Positions 9,512-19,729 are shown, counted from the stretch's first letter. The stretch: 64,000 nucleotides of DNA from Escherichia coli (GCA_005400705.1 GCA_005400705.1_4079.1), one strand, 5' to 3'. Notes: a model not told the origin generated them from the sequence alone. Translations and numbers: made by a program.

Positions 9512-10027
9512 ATGCCAATTCCTTATGTTAAAATTATTAATAATATTCTCGATTCATGGGAAGATGTTATTACTGGTAAAAAGCAACCATCACCAGTACA
9601 TGCTTTATCTGGGAAACTTCAATTCAGAATGTCAAACCAAACTGAAACATTTAATAATCATGATATTTGCATTACATTAAAAACACCTATCAGTATTGTA
9701 ATTAAAAAAAATAAAGATGATGAATTGACATTATCTATTGGTCGTGATAAAATCATTTTAAGTAATTTGTCTGAAGAAGAATTCTTTCAAAGAAGTACTA
9801 TTATCGATATGAAAGATTTCACATATGAATCATTGGTTGAACTCAATACACGTTTTAACGATATTCAGGAACGATTGCGACCAATTCTTCGTATCGAAGA
9901 AGAAGCCTGGATTGAAAGTATTAGGAAGATGCAAGAAATGTTGAAAGAAAATATTAACAATCTGGGTAAAGCTACAATGGAATTTGGTAAAACTTTTAAA
10001 CTGAACTTTTCAAAGGATCGTAAATGA
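9512..10027 (+). CDS. hypothetical protein, EExFFQxS-motif paralog family
   Basis: ATG after the terminator (track ORF starts 9485); motif SEEEFFQRSTIIDM. Confidence 0.55.
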   Translation: MPIPYVKIINNILDSWEDVITGKKQPSPVHALSGKLQFRMSNQTETFNNHDICITLKTPISIVIKKNKDDELTLSIGRDKIILSNLSEEEFFQRSTIIDMKDFTYESLVELNTRFNDIQERLRPILRIEEEAWIESIRKMQEMLKENINNLGKATMEFGKTFKLNFSKDRK

Positions 10028-10479
10028 AAATTGATAATTTGATTCATGTTTTAGGATCTTTACATAAAATATTATCACATCTACATGAGATAAAGAAACT
10101 GGGATTTAACATCTCAAATTCAATTGAAACTACATTTAAATATCAATCAATTACTGGTGATGGTTATTACATAATCGAATATACTTATGAAACCGATCCA
10201 GACTTCTATCCTCTTACGTTGAGAATTTATCCAACAAATCCGAGAGGAATTCACGACATATCATCAATTTCACTTGATCCAGATGGTGAAACGAGTATTG
10301 AATACAATAATGATTCAAAACCAGAATTTTACATTGATGATATTAAAATGATGTTCAACGATGAATATGTGTTCCAGCAAAGTACTGTGCATGATGTTGG
10401 AAGTACTAATGGACAATTTTGGAATACATGTTATTATCATATGATTGAAATTTGTAAATTACTAAAAGGCGATGATTAA
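10024..10479 (+). CDS. hypothetical protein, EExFFQxS-motif paralog family
   Basis: SD AAGGA; motif NDEYVFQQSTVHDVG. Confidence 0.6.
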   Translation: MKIDNLIHVLGSLHKILSHLHEIKKLGFNISNSIETTFKYQSITGDGYYIIEYTYETDPDFYPLTLRIYPTNPRGIHDISSISLDPDGETSIEYNNDSKPEFYIDDIKMMFNDEYVFQQSTVHDVGSTNGQFWNTCYYHMIEICKLLKGDD

Positions 10480-10862
10480 TGAAATACAGCATTGAAGTAC
10501 ATTACACTACAGGGGACACTGAAAATTGTTATGACGTTCTTAATACAATTGATATTCAATGGTCTTCTAAAGAGGAAGCAGTTGCTGCTTTACAGTGCCT
10601 AAAAGAGCATTGGGTGTTTTATATGAAGCAAGATAATTGCTATACTAAAGAACACGAAACTATCGTTGAAAATGCTAAACAAAAAGAGTGGTTTGACCCA
10701 ATATCACCAGAATATTCATTCTTGGTTAAAGTTGGCGATGTGACAGTTCCATTACGAACACCGTGGAACGGCTACTTTGAAACTCTTCATAATGCACGAG
10801 TTGTCGCTGTTGATAATCCTGAGCAAATCGATTTCGATTCATTGGACTGGAAAAAACTATGA
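10479..10862 (+). CDS. hypothetical protein
   Basis: 127 aa ORF, overlapping stop/start with neighbours. Confidence 0.5.
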   Translation: MKYSIEVHYTTGDTENCYDVLNTIDIQWSSKEEAVAALQCLKEHWVFYMKQDNCYTKEHETIVENAKQKEWFDPISPEYSFLVKVGDVTVPLRTPWNGYFETLHNARVVAVDNPEQIDFDSLDWKKL

Positions 10863-11302
10863 CAGTACTGCACCAATTAAAGAAGGTTAAGCATCCAGTT
10901 GTATACGAGGATTGGAAACGACAGAAGTTGATGGGTGATTTTTATTTCCCAAAATCTAAAGTTCTTGCGAATTCAAGATGTACATATTTCAAACATAATG
11001 ATAAAGATACAGTATTTGTTGAAATGGGTTTCAATCCATCAAATACAATGTTCAGTACTAACCAAACATTTTACAAATTTCATATCCAAAAAGATTCATT
11101 TTCTATCATGATTTTAAAACTTTTAGTTGAAGATCTGCTATACCGTGGTGAAAGTGTTCCTTTATCATTAGTGGATATTCCTTATAATAATTTAGAGGAA
11201 ATGTACTTCCAACAGTTGACAGTGCAAGAAAACTTCGGTATGATAGGACTTCAAGAGTTAGAGATGATTAAGCAAATTCGTGATATCTACTTTAAGGAGT
11301 AA
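10859..11302 (+). CDS. hypothetical protein, EExFFQxS-motif paralog family
   Basis: Motif LEEMYFQQLTVQENFG. Confidence 0.55.
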   Translation: MTVLHQLKKVKHPVVYEDWKRQKLMGDFYFPKSKVLANSRCTYFKHNDKDTVFVEMGFNPSNTMFSTNQTFYKFHIQKDSFSIMILKLLVEDLLYRGESVPLSLVDIPYNNLEEMYFQQLTVQENFGMIGLQELEMIKQIRDIYFKE

Positions 11303-11304
11303 CT

Positions 11305-11448
11305 ATGCCAGTACGTAACAGTACTTCACGCTTTACGCTTCAACAGAAAGCAGATCTTTTGAATATGGCAAACAAAGATTCTAATTTTCACTATCTAGTA
11401 CTCGGTGGTTCAGTTGAAAAGATTGATCTACGTGAGTGTATGAAATAA
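11305..11448 (+). CDS. small ORF (47 aa), hypothetical
   Basis: ATG preceded by AAGGAG; below the ORF-track size cutoff. Confidence 0.35.
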   Translation: MPVRNSTSRFTLQQKADLLNMANKDSNFHYLVLGGSVEKIDLRECMK

Positions 11449-11463
11449 CAAAAGGGGACTAAA

Positions 11464-11634
11464 ATGAGTCTACGTGAATCATGGGAACAATTTAAAGAAG
11501 AGATTGGTTATCGTGGTGTGAAGATTGAACAAATCAATCGTACAGAAAGCATCAAAGCTAGTACGAATGGTACTACTTATGACCGTTATGATGAAAAGTA
11601 TGGTTTACATTCTAAACCGAAGGATACTGAATAA
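11464..11634 (+). CDS. small ORF (56 aa), hypothetical
   Basis: ATG preceded by AAAGGGGA. Confidence 0.35.
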   Translation: MSLRESWEQFKEEIGYRGVKIEQINRTESIKASTNGTTYDRYDEKYGLHSKPKDTE

Positions 11635-11777
11635 TGGTGTATACGAACATTTTTACTGGTATTATGCGTAAGTTTGTTAATGGTACTGGATATGTATCCA
11701 ATGACAACGGTAGTACATGGGTTAAAAATAATACGTCCGAATCTTTAGTGAAAAGTCTTCCGTATTATAAAGCTTGA
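11634..11777 (+). CDS. small ORF (47 aa), hypothetical
   Basis: ATG overlapping the upstream TAA (TAATG). Confidence 0.3.
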   Translation: MVYTNIFTGIMRKFVNGTGYVSNDNGSTWVKNNTSESLVKSLPYYKA

Positions 11778-11834
11778 CACATGAAAATGGAGTATGTATA
11801 ATACTCCTATATTAATCAAATGAGGATATACGAA

Positions 11835-12407
11835 ATGGCTGGTGTTGATAAAATTTGTGAATTCAGTGGAGATTATGAAGGTTACGAGATGTACAAGTCC
11901 AAGCGTAATCACATTCAAGTACTGTCAAAGTACCGTAAAGAATTCCGAGGCCACAAAGCAACATTGTATGTTTTTGAGAATGGCTATTCTGAAGTTTTCG
12001 AAAGCGGAGGATACAGTACAGCTAACATGGCACATATCAACCCAAACCCAACTGAAGATGATTGGAATAGTGGTAACGCTTTTCGTATTTCAATTCTTAA
12101 TAAAATGAATCGTTACGACCGTTATTGTACATTCTTTGAAAATATTTCAGAATACAAGCAAGCATTAAAGAAATATAATCAACGCTTACTAATGAATTAT
12201 AATTACATTCTTCATGTGCCAACTGTTCCAGGTCAGGTTAATGGTCTGTATACGAATAGTACACATGATTTAACTGCGGTGAAGCGTCGCCTCAAACGTA
12301 TGTTGGGTTGTCGTAATTTAACAATCAAGGTTATGCGTAATGAATCAATGTATAACTTTTTAGATGTACTACACTACACATTGAAGGATAATAATGGAAA
12401 CGATTAA
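11835..12407 (+). CDS. hypothetical protein
   Basis: Track ORF 11820-12407; ATG at 11835 follows GAGGA. Confidence 0.5.
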   Translation: MAGVDKICEFSGDYEGYEMYKSKRNHIQVLSKYRKEFRGHKATLYVFENGYSEVFESGGYSTANMAHINPNPTEDDWNSGNAFRISILNKMNRYDRYCTFFENISEYKQALKKYNQRLLMNYNYILHVPTVPGQVNGLYTNSTHDLTAVKRRLKRMLGCRNLTIKVMRNESMYNFLDVLHYTLKDNNGND

Positions 12408-12591
12408 GTTTATGTTTGAGGTGTTTGTTGCATTCATCTTATGTGCTGTGTCTATTACTATTGCTTTAATCCCAGTAATCGTTTACCAAGTTAATGGTGG
12501 GACAGATCCAACAATTGATATTTTACTTCGTTGTTTCGGGTTTTTTATATGGTTGGCGATGTTTATGTACTACATGCATCTTGAGGATTGA
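12394..12591 (+). CDS. small membrane protein (hypothetical)
   Basis: Two hydrophobic segments in 65 aa. Confidence 0.45.
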   Translation: METIKFMFEVFVAFILCAVSITIALIPVIVYQVNGGTDPTIDILLRCFGFFIWLAMFMYYMHLED

Positions 12592-12593
12592 TT

Positions 12594-13424
12594 ATGTCAT
12601 TAGAAAAAATAATCATTTCTGAATTCCGAAAGTATATCATGGATTGTGATAGAGATGTACAGCGTAAGTTCAATGAGTACCTTGACAAATATCCGTATTT
12701 GATGTTTAATCCGTTTGAAACTGATGATGATTTATATCTTGGTTTTTACATAGGATTTACTCAACGAATTCTTCATAAAGATGAAATGAAACAATCTGAG
12801 ATTTGGGTAGAAACTGACTCATCAGAGTCTAATGTTTTTTATCTTTATACATATTATGCCGAAATTGTTAGAGATACGACACCTGATGGTTGTCTATTTG
12901 TACAATCTTCTGATATTGAAAGAATATATATCGAACCTGTATCTTTAGATATGGTTGCACAGCTTCCAACTATCCAACAGTTAGATGCAGACGAATTAAC
13001 TTATTCTGTATTTGAATATCTAGGTAGAGATGATTTAACTCAAGAAATTGATAAAATGGTTTCTAAATATACTTCATCACTTATTTCGAATGGTAAACTT
13101 AAATTAGAATTAATTTTTGAAGATACTAGTATTAATCCAGTAAGAGGGGTTACAATTGGAAAAGTTACCATACGTGTTGTTTACGATAATGAAGTACTAG
13201 GATATATTTCAAAACGTGGACATGATTTATGTATAATTAGTACATTCGTTATTTCTCGTAAAAAATGGAATGATTTAATGCAAAAAATCGTGGACGGTAG
13301 TAAAATTCGTGATATAATATGTAATGACATGGTAATTATTAATCCTGATGTTGACTGTGATGTATATTTTCCAGTTCCTGGATTTACACGAGAAAACTTT
13401 AGTAAATTGAAGGATACGAAATGA
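12594..13424 (+). CDS. hypothetical protein
   Basis: ATG after GAGGA (track ORF begins at a TTG at 12588). Confidence 0.55.
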   Translation: MSLEKIIISEFRKYIMDCDRDVQRKFNEYLDKYPYLMFNPFETDDDLYLGFYIGFTQRILHKDEMKQSEIWVETDSSESNVFYLYTYYAEIVRDTTPDGCLFVQSSDIERIYIEPVSLDMVAQLPTIQQLDADELTYSVFEYLGRDDLTQEIDKMVSKYTSSLISNGKLKLELIFEDTSINPVRGVTIGKVTIRVVYDNEVLGYISKRGHDLCIISTFVISRKKWNDLMQKIVDGSKIRDIICNDMVIINPDVDCDVYFPVPGFTRENFSKLKDTK

Positions 13425-13711
13425 AAATTTTAGAAGTCTTGCTAGAAAAAGATGCATCTGGTACTCTTTATGTTGGTAATGAGTTTAGTCCAGATCCAAT
13501 TGATATGTTACAGAGAATCCAAACACTGACTCAAAACATCTCGGTTAAAAAACCGTTTCAGAAAGAATTGGAAATCTTTTGTGATAAAGATATTGAACAG
13601 CATGATAATGTGATTTCAGATATTAAAAGTCTATTGACAAAAAATGGTTATGTAGAGTATAATCCTCCTATCGTAATCGTTATTCCAGACTTCATGAAAG
13701 GAACAATCTAA
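13421..13711 (+). CDS. hypothetical protein
   Basis: SD AAGGA; ATGA overlap. Confidence 0.5.
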   Translation: MKILEVLLEKDASGTLYVGNEFSPDPIDMLQRIQTLTQNISVKKPFQKELEIFCDKDIEQHDNVISDIKSLLTKNGYVEYNPPIVIVIPDFMKGTI

Positions 13712-13980
13712 TGACTAAAGACGAAATGAAATATCGCTTAAGCGAACTGAAGAAAGAACGTAAACTAGTACGTTTAGACTGGGATATCCTTAACAGGAAA
13801 GATGAGCAATCATATGCTAACTGGAGTTCTGATAAAGTACGAAATGACCGTTCTAAAGAAGATGCAAAGCAATTCATGGCATTATCGAAGCGACTATCAT
13901 CTTTGAACAGTGAAATTACTGGCCTTCAGAAAGAGATCATTTTCATTCTTAAAGCGGAGATTGAATCACTCTATGAATAA
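13711..13980 (+). CDS. hypothetical protein (charged, predicted helical)
   Basis: SD AGGAA; K/E-rich sequence. Confidence 0.5.
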   Translation: MTKDEMKYRLSELKKERKLVRLDWDILNRKDEQSYANWSSDKVRNDRSKEDAKQFMALSKRLSSLNSEITGLQKEIIFILKAEIESLYE

Positions 13981-14269
13981 ACATGAAGTAATTCATTTTG
14001 ATGATAAGATCTATATTCCAAATATTGATAGTACTGAAACATATTACCTAATCAATAAGATTATGGCTGAAACAAATACGTGTTGTCGTCAACAGCCAGG
14101 AAAATATGAGTTCAGTCAGACTATTGGTTATTACCGATATGATATGTTAGAATCATTTACAATTGATAAGTCTAAAGTTATTGACATTCTTGTACAGAAT
14201 GGATATAATGAACAACGTGTAAATGATACAGATTTACCAGTTTCAAAAATTGTTCTTTCTAATAATTAA
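13973..14269 (+). CDS. hypothetical protein
   Basis: In-frame ATG overlapping upstream stop (track ORF 13910-14269). Confidence 0.45.
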   Translation: MNKHEVIHFDDKIYIPNIDSTETYYLINKIMAETNTCCRQQPGKYEFSQTIGYYRYDMLESFTIDKSKVIDILVQNGYNEQRVNDTDLPVSKIVLSNN

Positions 14270-14272
14270 AAA

Positions 14273-14301
14273 TTGGACAAGAACGGATATTGTGATATAA
14301 T
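14273..14301 (+). promoter_or_regulatory. sigma70-like promoter with extended -10
   Basis: TTGGAC - 17 nt - TGTGATATAAT. Confidence 0.5.
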
Positions 14302-14334
14302 GTTTGTTATCGGCAGATATTAAAATGCAAACCA

Positions 14335-14357
14335 TTCCTCAATGATGAGGGTTTTTC
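14335..14357 (+). terminator. hairpin + T-run immediately downstream of promoter (attenuator or small-RNA terminator)
   Basis: CCTCA-ATGA-TGAGG followed by GTTTTTC. Confidence 0.4.
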
Positions 14358-14384
14358 ATAAAAAAGAAATAAAAGGGTATTAAA

Positions 14385-14594
14385 ATGGCTAAAGAAACTA
14401 ACGCACAAGTACTAGATATCACCGACTTCGACCGCACTGTGAACTACATTCAATTCCAGATTCATCAAGCAGAAGAAGCTCTAGCAGTATTCCACGGTAC
14501 TGGTGCAAGGCCAATCCGTTTTGCTCACTTGATTGCATGGAAGAAAAGTCTTCAAGAAGAACTATCTGAACTGCGTAAAGCAAATCGTAAGTAA
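14385..14594 (+). CDS. hypothetical protein
   Basis: 69 aa ORF with SD AAAGGG. Confidence 0.5.
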   Translation: MAKETNAQVLDITDFDRTVNYIQFQIHQAEEALAVFHGTGARPIRFAHLIAWKKSLQEELSELRKANRK

Positions 14595-14605
14595 TTTATC
14601 TTACC

Positions 14606-14634
14606 GCCTCATCATTTTTGATGGGGCATTTTAA
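14606..14634 (+). terminator. intrinsic terminator
   Basis: 9 bp stem GCCTCATCA / TGATGGGGC followed by ATTTTA. Confidence 0.5.
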
Positions 14635-14659
14635 TCATATAAAGTAAGAGGATTTATAA

Positions 14660-15166
14660 ATGAGTGTTGAATATTGGTTTTTGTTTGTGTGTATTGGTAC
14701 ACTTGCATTAATCACCATTGGATTGATTTTCAATACCATGATTAGTGGAAGTAATTACTTTAAGACATTCCAACTTTTAATGTCTGCTATGCCATATAGT
14801 GCTGATGCCGAAAAAACAATTTCTCTAATTTTAGATAAGTTCGATGCAAATCTTTTGGTGGCTAAAATTTCAGCATGTGATACAAATATTTCATTCTACT
14901 CGTTAGACACGGATCTAGATGGAATTGATACACAATACTCAAATCCAGTAGTTGCTGAAATTTTCATTGGTTCAAAATATTATGCATATGGATATGTAAG
15001 AAAATATTATTCAGAAGCAAAAGCTGAGTTGACGAAGAAGCGACCATCAATAAAAACTTTAAAACGCATCATTGCGTTGGAAAAATCACTTCGTGGTCAA
15101 ACAAGCGTTAATGAGCCACCATCAGTGATTAAATCCAAAAAAAGTAATGTTGTGGAGTTGGAGTAA
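14660..15166 (+). CDS. membrane-anchored protein (hypothetical)
   Basis: SD AGAGGA; N-terminal TM segment. Confidence 0.55.
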   Translation: MSVEYWFLFVCIGTLALITIGLIFNTMISGSNYFKTFQLLMSAMPYSADAEKTISLILDKFDANLLVAKISACDTNISFYSLDTDLDGIDTQYSNPVVAEIFIGSKYYAYGYVRKYYSEAKAELTKKRPSIKTLKRIIALEKSLRGQTSVNEPPSVIKSKKSNVVELE

Positions 15167-15456
15167 TGGAACCAGAAAAATCAAGAAAAATTCTTATTGA
15201 TGTCCAAACTAAATTACTAGATATTATGGAAATCATCAATGAGTTACCACAGGGTTATCAGTACAAAGTTCGTGAAATGTTATCTTGTGCCGAAACCGTT
15301 GTTTCTATGTACGATGATATTCAACATGGTATTATCCCTGATATTCTCAAAGATGACGTAAATATTAACACTGAGGTAAAAGAAACTAAATTAGAATCAG
15401 AAACAGTATCTAATAAAAAAGTTCTAGACCTTAGTGGTATAAAAATTAATATCTAA
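15166..15456 (+). CDS. hypothetical protein
   Basis: SD GGAG; ATGA overlap. Confidence 0.5.
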   Translation: MEPEKSRKILIDVQTKLLDIMEIINELPQGYQYKVREMLSCAETVVSMYDDIQHGIIPDILKDDVNINTEVKETKLESETVSNKKVLDLSGIKINI

Positions 15457-15478
15457 AAAACATCCAATAGGAGAAGTA

Positions 15479-15628
15479 ATGAGTAATCAAAAAATCGACT
15501 TAGTAGTAAAACTTCAAGAGATTCAAGCACTAGCTAAAGACCTTGATAACACACGTGCATCAGTAGTTGATTCACTATGTGCAACAATCCTGACTGTTTT
15601 TACAGATTACGAAAATAAATCTGATTAA
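15479..15628 (+). CDS. small ORF (49 aa), hypothetical
   Basis: ATG preceded by GGAGAAG; directly followed by a terminator. Confidence 0.35.
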   Translation: MSNQKIDLVVKLQEIQALAKDLDNTRASVVDSLCATILTVFTDYENKSD

Positions 15629-15643
15629 ACGTTACTTTGTAAA

Positions 15644-15671
15644 TACCCAGTCAAGTACTGGGTATTTTTTT
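15644..15671 (+). terminator. intrinsic terminator
   Basis: TACCCAGT / ACTGGGTA hairpin followed by a T7 run. Confidence 0.6.
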
Positions 15672-15682
15672 AAGGAAATAAA

Positions 15683-16075
15683 ATGACTGAATCAGAACTA
15701 CACGAAATGATAGATTTCATTTATGAAATGGTACAAGATAAAAATAACATCAATACAATTGCATCAGGCCCAAGACAAATTGGTAACCAAATAACATATT
15801 CTTTGTCCTTATGGTTACACCCGTGCATTAAGGTTGATTGTTTGTATTTCCTTCCTGATATTGATGCTTATTATTTTGTCAATCATGATGCATTAATGAA
15901 ACCACATAATCGTCCAGTTGATGATACCTTTGTGACACACCCATTTTACCTGGCTGATTCCGAAGAAGATGAGTTTCAAAAGAACACAACGTTAAGCCCA
16001 GGTGAAATTTGCATCCCTTACGTACTTAAAGATAAAATGAATCACATCACAGAAGTTATGAAAACATGCTGGTAG
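15683..16075 (+). CDS. hypothetical protein, divergent member of EExFFQxS family
   Basis: SD AAGGAAA; motif variant DSEEDEFQKNTT. Confidence 0.5.
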   Translation: MTESELHEMIDFIYEMVQDKNNINTIASGPRQIGNQITYSLSLWLHPCIKVDCLYFLPDIDAYYFVNHDALMKPHNRPVDDTFVTHPFYLADSEEDEFQKNTTLSPGEICIPYVLKDKMNHITEVMKTCW

Positions 16076-16123
16076 ATGCAATGAAACTCTGATATAATAC
16101 AAATAATGATAATAGGAGGATAT

Positions 16124-16342
16124 ATGAAATTTATTGATTTTGATATTTCTAAGGCCAAAGAATTATTTGTAAGAAATGAAGTTTATGATATCATGTTACA
16201 TAACGGCACTGTACAAGAAGATGTTGTGTTGTTTTCGTTTGATGGTGAAAATCTCGAAACTATATATAAATTCAGCAACTTAGATGGTGACTTTTGGGAA
16301 ACCAGTGCTGTTAAAATGTATAGAATTAAAAAGGAGCATTAA
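16124..16342 (+). CDS. hypothetical protein
   Basis: ATG after AGGAGG (track ORF 16106-16342). Confidence 0.5.
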   Translation: MKFIDFDISKAKELFVRNEVYDIMLHNGTVQEDVVLFSFDGENLETIYKFSNLDGDFWETSAVKMYRIKKEH

Positions 16343-16343
16343 C

Positions 16344-16832
16344 ATGCCAATTCGTGGTGTACCAGAACCATTAATGGAAGTTATTAAGCATGTTCGCATT
16401 GGAGATCGAGAAGTTAATCTTCGCCGTAATAACATTTATTACTTTAAAACTTCAGAAATGAGTTCTGTACAGATTGTCATTGGTACATCTATTAAGATTA
16501 CTCGTGTACTTGATGGTAGTACTGATTTCGTTGAATATAATGTACTTACTAACAAAGTAATACACACATATAAATGGAGTGGGTATAAAACTATTAAGTA
16601 TGAGTTTGATGTTGCTAGAACTGAAGAAGAACGATTTATGTTAAGTACTATCAATCCAGCAAACTACCCTGACCTTGATACATTTTTGCTAATTTTAAAA
16701 CTGTATAATGAAGCAAATGGGAAAGCGAAGGAGTATGATAGAATTATGTATGAACGCAAAAAAGAACGTGCTCAGAAAAGTTATGATCTTTATGATAACC
16801 CATATGTAAAATATAATAAGGGGAGAAAATGA
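16344..16832 (+). CDS. hypothetical protein, EExFFQxS-motif paralog family
   Basis: ATG after AAGGAG (track ORF 16284-16832); motif TEEERFMLSTINP. Confidence 0.55.
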   Translation: MPIRGVPEPLMEVIKHVRIGDREVNLRRNNIYYFKTSEMSSVQIVIGTSIKITRVLDGSTDFVEYNVLTNKVIHTYKWSGYKTIKYEFDVARTEEERFMLSTINPANYPDLDTFLLILKLYNEANGKAKEYDRIMYERKKERAQKSYDLYDNPYVKYNKGRK

Positions 16833-17233
16833 ATAACGAAGTTCAAATTATCATAACTCCACCTATACAAAGTCTTGATGTATCTATTAGTGATTTTTTA
16901 GAAAAATATTATGAATGGTTTAATAATGATAATACCATTTATAATCATTCATTACCAGATGGTTTCGTGGAGCTTATCGAATTAAATTCAAAATCACTAT
17001 ACTTCTGTGTTGAATACAATGATTATATGACAGATGAAGCTTATCGCTTTCGTTGTACATTGTATCCGAATTATTTTTCAATAGGTTATAAAGATTACCA
17101 GTACTGTACCACTAACTATAGTGTTGAGGAAGAATTTCAGTACAATTTACTTTATCCTGATTTAGATTATACGATTGCAGTACTGTTGACTAAAATCATG
17201 GATTTTTATAAAGATAAATATAATGCAGCCTAA
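16829..17233 (+). CDS. hypothetical protein, divergent member of EExFFQxS family
   Basis: SD GGGGAG; motif variant VEEEFQYNLLYPDLDY. Confidence 0.5.
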   Translation: MNNEVQIIITPPIQSLDVSISDFLEKYYEWFNNDNTIYNHSLPDGFVELIELNSKSLYFCVEYNDYMTDEAYRFRCTLYPNYFSIGYKDYQYCTTNYSVEEEFQYNLLYPDLDYTIAVLLTKIMDFYKDKYNAA

Positions 17234-17408
17234 GACATTTGATGAGTGGTATCAAATGCATTACAATATAAATGCAGGTGATGTATACTTCTTTAAGTTG
17301 GAGTTGTTTTTATTGTTAAATGATCCCGAATCGTACTATAACAATATCATTTATTGTGATGATTTTAGTACATATTTTAGTATTGCAGTTATGGATATAA
17401 AAAGATGA
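17223..17408 (+). CDS. hypothetical protein
   Basis: 61 aa ORF overlapping neighbours. Confidence 0.4.
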   Translation: MQPKTFDEWYQMHYNINAGDVYFFKLELFLLLNDPESYYNNIIYCDDFSTYFSIAVMDIKR

Positions 17409-17467
17409 CACATGAAGAATGGTTGGTACAAACTGAACACTTGGTTATAGCAAGTATGAAATTTTGA
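17405..17467 (+). pseudogene. truncated MTHEEW-family ORF (20 codons)
   Basis: Starts ATGACACATGAAGAATGG like four longer paralogs but hits a stop after 20 codons. Confidence 0.35.
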
Positions 17468-17768
17468 AATGAACAGTTGATGCACTTGGTAAGTAATAAA
17501 GCGTATTACGATGCATTCTTTGGGAAAATGCTACAATTGAGGTTCATGTGTATTATGCTATTACATTTGGTGATTAATTTATGAAATATGAACATTTAAA
17601 ATACTATGCTGATAGAATAAATTATTATCCCTTTTATATAAGATTAGATGCATTAATATCAAAAAAAGTTGTATATAAACGTTCTCAAGCTGAACTAACC
17701 AATATAGCATTCATTCTTGCAGTACTGTCTAAAATGGGATAATATTAAATTAAGATGGATATTAAGAG

Positions 17769-17945
17769 ATGACACATGAAGAATGGTTAGATGAACTAAA
17801 ATTCAAACATAATCCTTTTGGTTTTGGTATACGCCAAGGTCATTATGATGTGTTAAAAGATAAACAACTTTTCAAATCATTTGTACTTGATGCGGATAGC
17901 AACCACTGGTTCATCTATGAGCTTGCAATTAGAGACAAAAAATAG
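17769..17945 (+). CDS. small protein, MTHEEW family
   Basis: MTHEEWLDELKFKHNPFGFGIRQGHYDVLKD...NHWFIYELAIRDKK; paralog of 18287-18469. Confidence 0.5.
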   Translation: MTHEEWLDELKFKHNPFGFGIRQGHYDVLKDKQLFKSFVLDADSNHWFIYELAIRDKK

Positions 17946-17950
17946 TAAGA

Positions 17951-18049
<99 letters not shown>

Positions 18050-18069
18050 TATAATAAAGGTGATTTAAT

Positions 18070-18285
18070 ATGAAAGTCATTATCAATCCAGCAGGAAACT
18101 TTTTTGGTGAGGTTTTCGGTGCAGACTGTGTTGTGCAAAATTTTCCACGAATTGAAATTGACGGAATTGATGTTCAACAATATGGAAACCTGTACTATGT
18201 AGTTGATGAGACTGGTTCTATTGTTCATGACAGTGCTTTCTTTACAAAAGAAGAGATGAAGCACTTAATTGTACTGGATACATAA
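18070..18285 (+). CDS. hypothetical protein
   Basis: SD AAAGGTGA. Confidence 0.5.
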   Translation: MKVIINPAGNFFGEVFGADCVVQNFPRIEIDGIDVQQYGNLYYVVDETGSIVHDSAFFTKEEMKHLIVLDT

Positions 18286-18286
18286 A

Positions 18287-18469
18287 ATGACACACGAAGA
18301 ATGGATGTCCAAACAGTATAAAGAACATGACTGCTTTGGGAATGGTATTCGTCAGGTACATTATGATATTCTCAAAGATATAAATTTATTCATAAAATAT
18401 GTTTTGGATGAAAATAAACATTGGTTTATATATGAGATTGCATATAGAAACTCAAATAAACAAAAATAA
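18287..18469 (+). CDS. small protein, MTHEEW family
   Basis: Internal ATG of track ORF 18269-18469; MTHEEWMSKQ...HWFIYEIAYR. Confidence 0.5.
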   Translation: MTHEEWMSKQYKEHDCFGNGIRQVHYDILKDINLFIKYVLDENKHWFIYEIAYRNSNKQK

Positions 18470-18483
18470 ATAAGGAATATATT

Positions 18484-18702
18484 ATGGAAACAACGTTATT
18501 TGAAGTTATTCAAGCATTAAAAACTGGTGATGACATTCAAGTATTGCTACATGGTTATCGTTTAAAAGGCACTGTGGTTTTAGTTAATGACACAACGTTA
18601 GTTATTGCCGAAACAAATCCATATGATAGTAATCAAGTTGCTAATATCCATATTGATATTAAAAGCATTATTGGTGTAGGCGTAAATAAAAATCAAGAAT
18701 AA
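18484..18702 (+). CDS. hypothetical protein
   Basis: SD AAGGAA. Confidence 0.5.
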   Translation: METTLFEVIQALKTGDDIQVLLHGYRLKGTVVLVNDTTLVIAETNPYDSNQVANIHIDIKSIIGVGVNKNQE

Positions 18703-18782
18703 CAAATGTTTTTGAAAAAACCAGAAAATGAATGATTTTTTTTTGGGACAACTCAAAAATATATGATATAATAATTAGTACA

Positions 18783-18872
<90 letters not shown>

Positions 18873-18876
18873 ATAT

Positions 18877-18977
<101 letters not shown>

Positions 18978-18979
18978 CC

Positions 18980-19144
18980 ATGACGCATAAAGAATGGATG
19001 AATGACATTAATTTTAGATATGCAGGTTTCGGTAACTGGAGAAAGTATCATTGGGAAATCATGTCAGACCCAGCAGAATACGATAAACTTATAAACCATG
19101 AAGCGTATCCGTGGTTCTTTATTGAAATAATGGTACGAACATGA
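18980..19144 (+). CDS. small protein, MTHEEW family
   Basis: MTHKEWMNDINFRYAGFGNW...; below ORF-track cutoff. Confidence 0.4.
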   Translation: MTHKEWMNDINFRYAGFGNWRKYHWEIMSDPAEYDKLINHEAYPWFFIEIMVRT

Positions 19145-19305
19145 CACATGAAGAGTGGATGAAACGCCAAAAATTAAAGTGGAATCCTTATTATCTCTCG
19201 TTAGAGCCGAGAATGTGGGATGTGATACGTGTTAAATGTATGTACAAATCATTTCTTTGTGATATAATGGATGTTGAAGTTCTGATGCATATTGTGTACA
19301 GATGA
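19141..19305 (+). CDS. small protein, MTHEEW family
   Basis: MTHEEWMKRQKLKWNPYY...; ATGA overlap with previous paralog. Confidence 0.4.
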   Translation: MTHEEWMKRQKLKWNPYYLSLEPRMWDVIRVKCMYKSFLCDIMDVEVLMHIVYR

Positions 19306-19315
19306 TTAAAAAAAG

Positions 19316-19729
<414 letters not shown>

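Noticed and set aside
11842-12108. Nested plus-strand ORFs in alternative frames (11842-12108, 30913-31146, 37115-37315, 46668-46850, 51957-52166, 52182-52370, 27395-27607)
   Set aside because: Each lies wholly within, or largely overlaps, a longer ORF in another frame that has a better start context.
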